From Tubiluchus corallicola (taxonomy: Eukaryota; Animalia; Priapulida): DNA of 64,000 bases. The DNA lies in NCBI GenBank assembly GCA_030141605.1, contig JAQGDQ010000002.1, forward strand, positions 310,001-374,000. The letters are read 5' to 3'. Made by a program: the position numbers and the translations under genes. Below, piece by piece: positions 38,645 to 52,500 of this stretch. The notes beneath the pieces are model-generated. The model saw only the letters and a list, made by a program, of their open reading frames with translations. It was not told the origin of the DNA and did not search any database. Numbering within the stretch: position 1 is the stretch's first letter; each line of letters begins with the position of its first letter.

Positions 38645-41600
38645 GTCAACCTCGGATATAAGGGACATTTCCGGACGGGAAAAAATCGTCCATTAGATCC
38701 TATGTCCCTTATAGCCGAAGATGAGTCAGTCCGAGGGTGTATCTAGACCTGCAAGCTCTATATAGCTCCTCTGGTAGCCTAATGCCCAGTGAAGCATTTG
38801 TTGCAATGTATATAAGATTTAATGCAAACACATCCAATCGTCTTGAACTGAACACAAAAATTGATGTTTATTCAAACTCATCCCAATTACAAGCCATTTT
38901 ACTACTGATAGTTATGCTAATAATGTTTATGCAAATGTTTAAGCAGAGTCTTTAGGACATTTTACTCTAACGTAATCAGCAATTTTACTCCGAGTTTACT
39001 TATTATTCATTTGTTTCCAAAAAAGTCCAACATCTTTTTCTGGGTTAACCTAGACACCTACTGTTGAATGAGAAAAGCAATTAGCTTATCCGCCGATAAT
39101 ATAGCCTCATTACGATTGTCCTCTGACAAGAGGTATGTGCCCACCAACTAGTTACCCACATCATTACAGCCACAAGACCAAACCGTAGTCCAAGGGAATA
39201 CAGTCTGGCCCGTGCGGGGTCTCGGCATAGGCTTTTTAGGATGTAAAAAATATTTGATCATGGGTCCCTTATATGCGAGGTAATTTACTTGGGTTTCTAT
39301 TACGCGGAACCTGAGGGTATCGTCCCTTATAACCGAAAGTCGGTTATATCCGAGTACCTTACATACAAAGATTTTTTTATAAGGAAAAATGTTACGAAAA
39401 ATTGGGACCAGTGCTGGTGGTCCCTTATAAGTGAGTCACCTTATACCCAAGGTTGGCTGTATATGTATATGTATATATATATAAACACATTTTGGTTTAT
39501 ATACTTTTATCAATCCACTGTCACATAATCAAACCCATTACACTGTATGACACAAGTCTTAATGAGTATCTAATATCCCTTGTAGAGCACGCTTGGTAAA
39601 CATTTTCTTATATTCGTAGCATTTTTACAATGGAACTATATTCCTCCAAATGTTAATAGCAGCAAGTCTATAAATCTTTTTAAAAAAATCTTCTAATATT
39701 TCTGTCTTAATATGTTTAATAGGGAAAAAAATCATTTGGCTAGTGATTTGTTTCATTCTATAGCGGATTGTGTAGCGAGATCATCCATAGAGGATTTCTT
39801 GTTAAAAATCAGTTACAGCTAATCTGAATGTGACCATTGTTTTCTTTTCTTATGTTTTCTTTTTGACTTCTTTCAACTAACTACTGCATAGCTTTTCTTT
39901 ATTCGTCTCTTTCAAAATAACCTCTTCTCTCATATTCTTCATTCTACATTTCACACTTCAATGTGGTTTAACAAGGTCCCCTTCATAACTATGAGGCAAA
40001 TTTCAAAACCTTATGTAGGAATTTCAGCCAGAAGTGTAGTGATTTTATTTATTTTTGTGTTTTAAACTGTGCTGTAATAATTTGTATTTGTAATTTTACT
40101 ATTTACTAGGGAAAATCAATTGAATTTGAATTTGAAAAAATTATAATTTGTAAATATCTTCTTGAGCGTAAATGCATACATATCATCAAGTAACCAATTA
40201 CTACATTTTAGGTGGCAGTATATATGAAACAAATAGAAGAACTAAAGAAAGAAATTAGAGCGAAGGATGATGCTCTTGCAAGTGTGGAACATAAGCTTCA
40301 ATGTGTGAAAGAATTTCAGCAAAACCGCGAAGCTACGTCACGCGAAATAGACACAGTATGCAGTTTTTTTATACATTTTTATACATATTTACATTTTTTA
40401 TTCATTACACTGCAAGCCGAAATCTAACAAATCAAAGACAAGACTTGCCACAATCGATCAAGATGTTTATGACATGATGATGCCTGGCTCACTGTCAAGG
40501 ATATCCTTCTGAGATGAGCCTCTGAACCAGAAGAGATGCTTCAACCATGTACCGATATTTGGATGTTAGTTTTTTAAACAGGTTTATTCAAAACAAACAC
40601 TGAACATTAGTTAAGCGCGCTGGTGTCAGCATGTAAGTAATTGGGTGCAAATTTTACTGGAACGAAGAAAAACAAGTTGCCTATGAATAGGAAGTCAAAT
40701 CCTAGTAAAATAACTCTTGTGAGGTAATATTACTGCAATTCTTTGATTTGGCTTTCCTTGTGCGTAGTCCATTTTCAAAATTGTTTGTTTTATAAGTAGC
40801 TTATATTTGCGCCTCCTGATTTGTTAACATGCAGAAGTACATAGAAAAGCACATAGCACATTTGAACTTATACATCAAATAAGTATCTATAGTACATTTT
40901 ATATGTGCTTTATATCTAGTTAAAAGATGCTCTTCTACATGCAAAACGTGAACACAAGTCTGTACTGTATAAACTGGAACGCAGATTCTTAGAGGAAAAG
41001 CTTAAACTGCAGGATACCGCTAAGCAACAAATAGCTGTCCTGTCTGAGCAAGCACACAGCCAAGCTGTTGCGTAAGTTTGTTGTAACAAAACATTTTATT
41101 CTTTTTGCCCATTTTGTTGTGACAAATGACTTGCCCATTTTTACCGTGATTATATTTTAATTAGCCCTTTTTATTTGTGCACAAATTTTAAACTTATGTG
41201 ATCTCACAAACAAAATTTTGTATTCTGTTTTCTTATAGCATACTACAAAATTTTATACTTCTATGATTACGTTACATACTACAAAATGTGTAGATTGTGA
41301 ATGTTGTGCATGCTCGAACACTGCTAAAACATTGCAAAATTTATTTGCATTGTACTATTTAATCACTGTTGTCCATCATCAATAATTTTTTATGGTCATT
41401 TATTGCATTTCTTTTAAACTAGGCACTTTTAGCTAAATCACCTGACTCATTTTTCCAATATTTTGTAGCTTGCACACATTTTTTTCTTTGAAGAAACCTG
41501 GATGAAACAACTAAGCAAATGTACAAGAATAATGCTCACATGGCTGAAGTCTTAAACTCGCAAGTGAAAGACAGCGATGCAATGAGAACTAAGCTGGAGA

Positions 41601-44600
41601 ATTTGCAGAAAGAAAACCAGAAACTGCAGCAGGGTAACGAACTTCACGAAAAAATAATGTATGATAAAATACAGGAAGCCAAACGAAGCCAAATTGAAAA
41701 GTCCAAGGTACTGCAAAAACTAGTTTGGTCTAGGAATGCCTTTATATGTTTGCTCTTCATAAAGAGCAGTGACTGCAGAAATTTTTTGCACAATATAGCT
41801 TTGTTGATCTAAGTTTATATGAAAGCCTCGGTTCCACATATACAAATAGTTTAACATTGGGTGTAGGCCTATAATTCTTGTTATAAAGCTGAACATGAGT
41901 CGCTTGTGTTACTGATAGGTCATGTAATTCAGCCGTCTTGTCGGTATTTACATTGTGCAGCCCAACAAGCAATTTAAAAAATGAGTTTTATGTATGTTTT
42001 ATATCATCGTCAATTTTTGAAAATGGTAATGATCTGTCAAATTTTTTGATATTTGGTATGGACCAACACATACTATGCCTCAGCCAGGTTCAGTTAATCC
42101 TAGTTAATCAACTAAATGATCATCTTTGATTAGGTTGTTTGAACTGTGAATTGATATCCTTTTAACAGTAGTTTAATTTGGAGAGTATTAGGGCACGCAG
42201 GAGCTTAATTGCAATTACATATGCGCTGTAACAAGATTACAATAATTACAAAAAATTGTGCAAGACATGTTTATTATTAACAGACATTTTAAACAGAGAC
42301 ACAGCAACTTGCCAGCAAATTATATTTTCCATGGTATAATCATATTTTTAAGCTGCAGTCCAGGACGCTAGATCAGAGAAATTGCACCTACCTATGATGT
42401 GCAATTCATTATTGATGGAACAAAGCATTTTGCAGATAGCAGTAACTACAAAAAATGTGGTTTATTGAAATTGTTTATTTAATTATCTAAATTTAATTGT
42501 GGACATTATGCTTAGTCATCAGCTTGAGGTGCCTGGGATTTTATACTTATTATTGACTAAGGTGATGTGGAGGGAGTGGAAAAAATGGTTTATCATGGAT
42601 ATATTAGTCAGTGCACACAGGGAAGGCAATACATTGAAAGCTACAAGACTACTATAGGACAAAAGTGTTATATAAATGTTACCTGAAAGAATGTCTTAAT
42701 TCTTGACACCATGTTAACTTGATAATATATATATATATATATATATATATTATCAAATTTACATGGTGTCAAGAATCAAGACATTCTTTATATATATATC
42801 AGTAATTTGGCACTAGATTTAAAACGTTCAAAAATAACACAAAGTTGGCAATTGATGTTGAGAACAAAAAGTAAAAATGTTGCATTGCAATTGTAAAAAC
42901 TTCAATTGCACACATAGTCTGTGGAACAATGGATAATACAGGTGAGGAAGTAATACAATTACAAGGTTTTCTTAAATTATTCCAGTTTGAGAATAATTTC
43001 AGTTTTGTATAATAGCAGTGCTTAAATATACTAATCATGGTACATGACTTAATGCTGTCAGTAGTAAAGTGCCCTGATATCAGACAAACTTATCAGAATT
43101 TGCCATTGTTACTATACAGAGTTGGTTACTTCTGCGAAATGTTAAAATAATAAAAAGAAGGGCGAAACATTGCCGTTATGGCATCATTGTGTTAAGCATA
43201 GCAGTTGGCACATCTTGCTGATTTAATTTCTTTAATGTGTCCAGGTGCCATAATCTTAAAGAAATACTTTGGAAATAATGTTCTTACATTGTAAAACACT
43301 GTAAGCTAATGTGCCAACTCAGCTCTGTTTTAGTTTTGATCACGTGACATTCAGCCACCCAAATGTTCAAACCACGCTATTTGGCAGTTTCAGTAATCTT
43401 ATTTTAACAGTTGCAAGAGGAGATTGCCAATCTGGAAAAGGAACTTATAATTTTATCTGAAAAGTATGAGACTGATAAAGGAACAATAATTCAAGAAATG
43501 AAAGCAGATAATCAAGCTAGTCAGCTGAAAGTGACAAAGTTATTAAAGGTAAGTTTCATTTATAAAAATAATAATATTATTATTATTCTTACTTAACATT
43601 AAATACTCTGTCATTACACATCTGAATATTTTGTACTACTGTGAAATAGCTTTATGAAGGTGTGCAGCTCATACAGGCTCATAGGTCATCTAATGGGTTG
43701 TGTTCTCTGTTTTTGTCACATATGGCTATAAGTTTCAGTAGCACTGCATATTTTCTGATCTCCTAGGCAGCATGATCATCGTGTCTAACACACATATCTT
43801 TATGCCAACTTCATAAGTTTTGTTAGACCTAAAATCTAGAGCTAATTAATACTCGTCATTTAGATTTTTTATAATCCATGTATGATTTGCAAATAATTAA
43901 ATAGGCATTTTTATAATATCAAGACAAACTGTATCATCTGCTAAACACTTAACTCTCAATGTCAGGACCTCAAATGTATCATAGTGGAGTGCATCCAACT
44001 GACAGGGCATCACCAAACATGTCAAATTTCCGTTCTCGTCAATATTGATTTTTCGTCTCAGGTTTTGCAAATGTGATTGCTTACAGCAGGCCCTACATGC
44101 CTTGTACAGAATGAATGAGTTTATTCGGCCTTAACAAGCTATGTGGTATTCTAAGGAGATTAGTAATTTTTGTGTGTGAAAATTCATCAGTCATGTTAAG
44201 CAGCAGCGATCACATATCACTGGATGCTTGCACAGAAGTAATGCTGCAACCACAGTTACAAGCTGCGTGTAAGTTTAATTATGGTAATAAATGCTTCTTC
44301 TATAAGCTTTTAGATGAAAAGAAGAAAGAAGTGGCCAAAATCAGGAAGTTAGCCAAGAATATCCTGGAGCAAAGAAGTGAAATAGAACAGTTCTTTTTGG
44401 AATCATTAGAATATGTCAAGAATGAAATAACAGAAACAAGGTGAGCTAAATGAAGGTTTATTGTTCGTAGCTTTTCGCGACGGAAAGTGTGTGTGTTTTT
44501 AAACTTTCGTTAACAACGGATTTTAATGAATGGCATTAGTTTTTAGATGAAGTTTTTGGTCTAATGAAGTTTTTAGATTATTTCAAAAAATGGCCTAGAT

Positions 44601-46478
44601 TACTTAGGTCAATGACAAAATGTAAGAAATCTCAAGCAATGATGCGTTCAGCAAATTTGAAAAACGTGTGTTTGCTGGTCTGACATTTTGGGATTCAGGT
44701 TTCTGTTATTGTAGGGGAAAATTGTGTCACCATGACAAATCGAAAGAGTCCTTGTGGCAATTACGAGGTCGAAATTCTCAATGAAATGGATAGAGTGTTG
44801 AGTTAAACTGAATCAGCACAAATCCAGGGCAATAATTTCGTATTATTTATAAGTCAGCTTGAAGTGTAAAAATTTTCACATGATCAAGTTTTATTTTTGT
44901 ACAAAGTTATACACATTTTTCAGACATTACATATTTACAATCTGTTTCATCTTTGTTTCAGGGCACAACAGTGGCAAGAAGCACAGCAAAAGTACAATCA
45001 GCGCATGAGATTAGCTCATTCGGGACGCAGTACATACCCTAAAATTAGAACATTTACAAAGAGCGATGCCAGTACCAACACCATTTTAACTGAACTAGAC
45101 TATGGCAGAAGATGGTAAGCTTGTTTAGTAGGGGTGAAATATTTCGTTAGTGGAACAATAGTACTCTTCTGATGCATATTTACATATGAGAAGGCTTTTT
45201 TTGCAGATTAACATTATTCCATAAAATTATTATAGTCATTCCCAGTTCTTTGTAGCTTCCAGATAATGTATTTCTACTTGTTCATGGTAGGCAAAAAATG
45301 AAAAGGATACCCCAGTTGTAATCTGTTTTATCAAATTCACAAACTTTCGATACTTATAGTGGAAACTTGTCTTTTTATTAGGGAGTTATCTTCGTCACGT
45401 AGCTCTTTTAAAATTTGTTTGAAAAAACAGTCTGTTATATTGAATAATAATATAAATGTACAAAAACTTTAAAATATAATTTCACTGTGCAGTTATAATT
45501 ATTTGTAAACTGAAATAGTAATGTAAATCATTGATCTACAACACTTGAAAATTAACTAGCTCTTTCTGAATTTGCACAATGCAGCATGGAGTCCCAGACA
45601 CCGTAAGTAGTAAAACTAATTACATTAAATTTTATTTGCCGCAAAGTATAATCTTACAGAAACCAGCTATTTTGTAAACTTAGGTCGGCAATAAATTTTA
45701 CTCAGAAAAATATTTCAAACTGTCAATGGAAGTGATTTGAGCAACATTTAACGTATACAATCTTTCAAACAAAACTTTTTATATATGTATGCGAGCTATA
45801 TCTTACTTGAGATTAATTACAAAAATATGTGATTATTGCATTAAACTAACAAATTTCTTTATGTTTTATGCAATATTTATTATAGGACTGGCATTAATGG
45901 AAAGGTTGATATAGCAGATCTGACATGGGAACAAAGGGAACGAGTACTTCGCTACCTCTTCACAAAAATGAACCAAAATCCAAGTGAGAAAAAGTGTAGG
46001 AACTGTGCTGCCCGAAGAACAAGTCTCAACTCTCACAGCAACAGTGCCAGGTATGCTGTAAATTAGGTTCAACATTTTATTAATCTTATAATTGCATTAG
46101 TGATTGAGAAGTAAATGCTACAGTTTGTTTTGGTTATTATTTACTTCATACTTGGGCATTTTGAGTATTTAGTTGAGACTTGAAAATCGATTTTTTGCCA
46201 TTCCTTATGTACGATGTGATCTTAAAGGTAGTTAAAAATGCCTTGTAAATAGTGTAAAATCTGCCAAAATGTTTGTTTGCTAGGTATAAAACATGTAATG
46301 TAGAAGCCAACAAATCACTAAAACTTATAATTTCTTGTCTGCATATTCTAGTTCTAAAGATGGCATTACAGGAGATAAAACGTTCATCACACAAGCGAAT
46401 GTGGACAGATCTGGTCGTTTACCCGGACAAAGAACGCCACCTGTACTGCAACCCATCTCACTACATACTACACTGTAA
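36271..46478 (+). CDS. BBOF1: Basal body orientation factor 1 (CCDC176), coiled-coil ciliary protein
   Basis: Exons 36271-36566, 37304-37414, 37905-38094, 40212-40355, 40920-41071, 41494-41707, 43411-43548, 44307-44440, 44962-45114, 45886-46050, 46352-46478. Family motifs WESKIEALLNSRNEYRESAR, RFLEEKLKL..IAVLSEQAH, KLAKNILEQRSEIEQFFLESL, PKIRTF, VDIADLTWEQRERVLRYLFTKMN, TFITQ. Confidence 0.9.
38603..38641. repeat. (AT)n microsatellite
   Basis: Perfect TA run directly abutting the MITE at 38643. Confidence 0.9.
38643..39459. mobile_element. Tc1/mariner (pogo/Tigger-like) non-autonomous element inserted in TA repeat
   Basis: TIRs CAGTCAACCTCGGATATAAGG and CCTTATACCCAAGGTTGGCTG (18/21 match); repeated subterminal GTCCCTTATA motifs; TA-rich flanks on both sides; no transposase ORF. 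Confidence 0.8.
42686..42789. repeat. ~104-bp palindrome centred on (AT)n
   Basis: AAAGAATGTCTTAATTCTTGACACCATGTTAACTTGATAA-(TA)n-TTATCAAATTTACATGGTGTCAAGAATCAAGACATTCTTT; 3 mismatches in 40-bp arms. Confidence 0.9.
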
Positions 46479-49400
46479 TACACGGATATGGAAACGTGTT
46501 TTAAAATACAAATTGTAGTACTTATTATTCACACAGTATGGTATAAACTAATTACTTATGCTATCAAATTATTGAAATCCCATTGTTAAAATCTTACACT
46601 GTACACTAGTTAAGCTGTGGAATATATATAAATATATTATTTACTTAGATACTGTTCGTTATTGTTGCCAAAATATTGAGTGGATTATAATCACTGTTTC
46701 CTTTATGTATTTGTATGCAGCAAATCAAATCTGTCACAGGGCCGATTGTGCAATAAAAAGTCGAAAGATCTCACTATTGTGCATGTTTACTTAAATGCGT
46801 ATTTGATTATCTCCTCTGACTCCAGTAGTTTCCCTCCCCTACCTGTGTTTTCTTCAGGTCTTGTATGTCACAAAAGAGTCTATAAATGTCTTAATAACAA
46901 TGCATAATAAAGACATCTTGAAATTTCTGAAATACAAGTTTGCTGCTGCGAGAAATATTTCTGTTTTATAAAGCTATTTTTAATGTTTATGCTACAACCA
47001 ACATACTGTAGGTTAACATTCCATGAAAAAGGCTGTAACGTAACTAGCTTTTCAGTACTGAAAACAAAACTGCTATGCTTTTTATTTACCAACAAGTTTA
47101 TATTTAACCGCTAATACTTTAGATTATTTGTCTTCTACCATTTTAGGAAAAAAATTAAACATTGGCATTTAGTAAATATCACAATCGTTCCAGATAGTGC
47201 AAGGACTGATTAGCAAATCACTTAAGTTAAAAAATATTTTAAATTTGCTTTCTAGTATCCATACCAATTGGACTTCGAGCGATGAATAAGTTGTATATAG
47301 CATAAATTATCATCAATAACAGACAATCTATTAATGTAGTCTTGTAGGCACTGTACAATAGTATGAAATTGAATAAAAATGTACGAGTGAGAATTTTTAT
47401 TACATTCTATATTACGTAATAATGGCATTAAAACGAAATCTTAAGACATCTCATGAGGCATAAGATATGTGTATTGAGTTTCAAGAACTACAGTGATATC
47501 AAATGGTTCCTGCTTGAGGCTGCACTGTATGCTGCACAACCTAACCTGTTCTTGATCATTTAGTAATACAGTGTTAAAAGTTAAGAAATGCAAACTTAAA
47601 ATCAAAAACTTATATTTCAGATTTAATTTGCATATAAATGTCATCAAACTTAAAGATTATTATTATTGTCTTGACTATGATCCACAAATTTACATTAATT
47701 TTAGAAATGATAAGATATATTTTGGGAATAACAAAATATGCAATATGCTTAGCACTTATTCATACTAAAGCAATTTGTTTTAAGCAAATGCAGCTCTAAT
47801 TGAACATCTTGTTTGACAGTCTTTGTGGCAGTTAATTCATTGTGTCATTATGCAACTTTCATATAATATGCATGATAGATTTTATTCACATTGCACACAT
47901 CATAAAAGCAACAATACATAGCACTTGGATTAAAATTGCAACAAGAGCTTCATATGCTACTATATAAATTACTACCTAAAATGTGTATTTGTGAGTTTTT
48001 ATAAAACTTGCAAAACTATTAAGACCAGACTAATAAAAACCAATACACCAAACACAAATATATACAGAATACATAAAAATCTCAGATGCAATATTTAAAG
48101 CAGTTTTTACAATTAACTTTCTACGTAATTTTTACCCAGCTGCCTATATCTTACAAAAATATTTTGCTACTATAAACATATACACTACAAGATGTTTTAT
48201 TGAGAAGTTGACATAATTAGTTTATGATTATAAATGTGACATGATACATACAACTCGAGAGACAAGCAATAACACAATATACTATTTAAACCCATTCACA
48301 ATTAACTGTATGCATGACATTCACCCAACCTGCTTAATTCTGGCAAAATTTTTTAGAATGCATTATGATTAAATACTTAAAACAATTATTGTAGCCCAAT
48401 CAAAACTTAGTTGGATTATTTCACAATCTTGTCCAATCGTTTTTTGAAAAAGGACCATAATAATCAAGTTTAAAGTTATCAAATAAATTCAAGACATTAA
48501 TTGAGACTTACTACAAATGCAAAAGTTATTACATTTGGTAGCCCTTAGTAGGTTTACAAAACAATAATCTACCAGGTAAGGCACAGTGGTAATTCTCTCA
48601 TGTAAAGTCACCCTTTGGGCTTTTCATCAACAAAAATGACAAAATATTTCTTTGGATTACATTGGACCTTGGTACTGGCTGTACTGTGTTGAAAAAACAG
48701 GAAGGCATTGTGAAGGACGGGTCTTCTTAACTTTTAATTATGGCAAGTACCCTTTGCAAGCTTCCCAGTGCCTATCCACTGTAGCGCTGGTGCTACCCAC
48801 ACTACTTTGTAAACTGTATCTAACAACGCACTACAGCATTATTGTAATAATAACACAAGAAAGCATTAGGAGTGTATGATACTGTACATTAACAGTGTCT
48901 CATGCTACCATAAAGTGAATTAAATTACCACTAAAACTAATTAAATAAAAAAACTAATGATAGTAAAAACAGCATTATTACAGTCTACAACATACGAAAA
49001 TATTAAAACCCTCGTAATACTAGCTCAGCATAAAAACACTGATAAATAAAGTGGGCTAATTCAAAACAATGACACAGTGTTCTGAAAGTGTCTAAATGTA
49101 ATTACAGCAGTAAAAGAAGAGCTTTACATGTTTTCTCCTTTTTGTACCATGCACTTTACACACAGCATATCCATATTTAAAAGGCTAACTGAACCTTACA
49201 AGATAAAAATGTGTATACATCAGCCTATGCAACTTTAATAAAATCTGTACACCATGTATAATCATCTATATTTTACAGCATACACAAGTTTTACTAAAGA
49301 CACTCGGTACTGTGTAAAAATACTATGTTTAAAAATACTATGATATCAAAGTATATGCAGGCAAAATAGAATGTCAGCTTAATTTGAAGCAAAAATAAAT

Positions 49401-49545
49401 GCTGTGAAACTAAGAAATGCCACTTAAACATAATCGTTAAAAGCATATGACACTGTGTATATATTATATTTCATAAACTTAAAAGCTGAACTGAAGGCAG
49501 GCAAGAAATGACTTCTAACAAATGTTCCTATTAATTACTAACTAC

Positions 49546-52500
49546 TCATCTCGTTACAAGTGAAACCAGAAGAAAAGAAAAGAGGGAACCGCAGAAGAGA
49601 CCAAATGTTAACATGAATGCACATACAGCACCGGCAGTCTCTGCAAGCTCATTATTAACTTTTCTGTAAGAAGAAAATTTCTTTGTGTAAACTTTTTCAC
49701 AGCATTTAAATAAATAGAACACAAGTCTAAGTAAATCTATACTAAATTTACAATCCGAATTGCTAGTTATTAGAAAATCAGCTTTTTGGGTAAGAAGGAA
49801 TGCCACCGAGAGAAAGGAATATTGCAAAATTTCCATCTAGAAACTAATAGTAAACATGTACGGTATAGTTTTTAAAGGTTAATGTATAATGACAAAGAAC
49901 GGATTCATAAACAATATCAATAAAAAATCAGTACAGTGTACAAGTATGCTTCATCATGTGTAGATTCAATATTACCTGGTGACTTAAACATACATTGTTT
50001 AACAAAAAAATTAAATTAAGTCTTCATACTTTGTCTATAGGTAGTGATTAGTTTAGTAGAACTGCTTACTTAATGACTGCTTGGTGACATATAGGTGTTA
50101 CGAAAGGACAAGCATAATAAACGAAGTACATGTACGAGCTATCCTGCCTGCTGTATAAACTAACTCACTTGTGAATGAGTTAGTTCAAATATGTACTATT
50201 ATGTTGTTGTTTTCAATCTTATTTAATTCGTTTTTAATATTGCACTTTGCCAACTGAACACTCAATTCCTGTAATGCTGGTGATAGTAATTTAATTCCGA
50301 TAGCTTACTTGAAACGCAGCTTGCTTTCTTACAAAACACTAAAGGCTTTTGACTACATCAATTTCCTAACCAAAAGAAATTTAGCATTAAGTTTTCTGCC
50401 TTTGGTCACTTTAAAAAACACTTGGATTTGCTTGTTAGTTCCTGTTTGTATAGTATTGCATGTTGCTAATGCGACGTGAACAATTCTATTATCATGTAAA
50501 TAAATAAACCATGCTTGTTGCAGGGGAAAAATCCAGTGTACAAGTTGTAGAAGCATTCTAACTAGTTAAACCACTGCATTTCTAGATACCAATAACAGAA
50601 TGCTGCAAAAAATGTACTATGTCGTGAAATTTAATAGCCATAAGAAGGCTGGATGAAAGGACAAAGGGACAGGTGCTCCTTGTGTCAAGGCCAGCAATTC
50701 TGTGCAACAGGATATTAATAATAAAGTCTGCCATAATAGGTTTGGACTATTCAAATAAATACTTTTTGCACAACAAGCTCTTGAAATTATGTACTTACTG
50801 AGGTCCATGCATCATTGATATTGTGCCTAAATAACCATTTGTTATTGAAAAGCCCAGCATGAAAACTATTGGCCATGCATCATGATTGAACACTACTGGG
50901 ATGTCATTTCGTGGCTGTATATTACAAAACAAAAACAATGGGATGAAGACGACGCGTAATGCACAGAGAAGTGGAAGTAATCGGCTACCTAGCTTTGGCT
51001 GAAACACAAAATAAAACATGATCAAAATTAAAAATATTAAGAAGTAATATACACCACAAAAATTTTCAAAGACCTTTAAGAGGGACGGCTGAAAAGAGGT
51101 TTCATAAAGCCATCACTAAGTTAAAGACATCGTTATTACATTCACTTAACTATTAATACTGAATCTTTGAGCTAGTGATGGTTTTGTGAAAATGGGCCCT
51201 GGTTCAGACTTATAACAATAATTAGTTCTATTATGCACATTTAGATTTGTTAATTAATTTTTCCAAAAGCAAAACATAAAATCTAAAACAGATAAATTTT
51301 TATAATATAAAAGAGAGAATTACTATTAGTTTGTAACTCAGTAAAATTACGTTCAGGGCAAATGACAAAATGTAAATATTTAACTAAGTCAGCATAAAAG
51401 ATATGAACATATATCAAAGTATAAAGGAAACAGTTCACATGTAATAACTAATAACACATAAATTTTTAATAACTAACTAGACAGAAACAACGATAGAATT
51501 TCAGTTATCAAAACACCATTTATAAGAATAATTGATTACTGTAAAGGTACAGTATAGCAACACTATAAGTTTTACATTTAAGACATGCAACTGCTAAAAT
51601 GATTTAAATGCTATAAGCTTTAAACAAATATCACAAAAAGGATTAGATAAGTAAGCTTCGTATTGTACTGAAAGTATAGGAAAATCCTGTTTTGTCTAGA
51701 TAAACATGTAAGTAATAACTATACGAACCCAGGATAAATAATCTATTAAGAATCTACCTAAAAGATCTCCAACACCATACAGTAGAAAACAGGCAATAGG
51801 AATAAATAATTTATCTGCAAGAAGAAAAATTACAGACTTGATAAAAAGAGAAAACCAAAAGTGAAGAAAAATATAAATTCATGCATGAAATGCAGAGCTT
51901 GGATACAACTAAGTGTCATTAGTAGGAAAACCGCCTGTCGAAGTGACAAAGATTTTTCAACGAAGGCAAATGCAACTAAGTAAGGTGTGAACATTTTTAC
52001 TGAGTGGTCAGTGCTGATCAAATGTCAGCCAAACTCTACAGTCTACATCATCACTATGTGTTTTCACAGCTAAATAAAGAAAGACAAAGAATTTAGGAAA
52101 TAAGATCAGTGGTGCAGTAAATGTCTTATTGCGCCATTTTATCATCGATTACTACTCGCTTAGCAGAAAAACAAGAAGTACCATTTTAAATCTTTGACAT
52201 GACTTTGGTAATCATAACCTACCAGAAGAAAAGCAAACTCAGTGGCTCTCAAAATGTTGAATTACAATGCACCAGCAGCACGCTACTGGCTGCAGAAACA
52301 AAATGACTTGAATAAGTGGTAACTGCAGAGATCTATTCTAGGCTATCAGTAAAGAAGGAAAAATGACTGCTATGACCATAGTGACTAATTGCAGAACCCT
52401 GCAAAACTAACATATCTCCAGTCTATAATGATCATCAAAATTAGCATTTTGTTTCTATGCTGATATTGGAGTTGTCTCACACAATAATGGAGTCACTTTC

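Noticed and set aside
40474-40525. C and D box-like motifs in BBOF1 intron
   Set aside because: Too short (~52 nt), with no stem and no recognisable guide.
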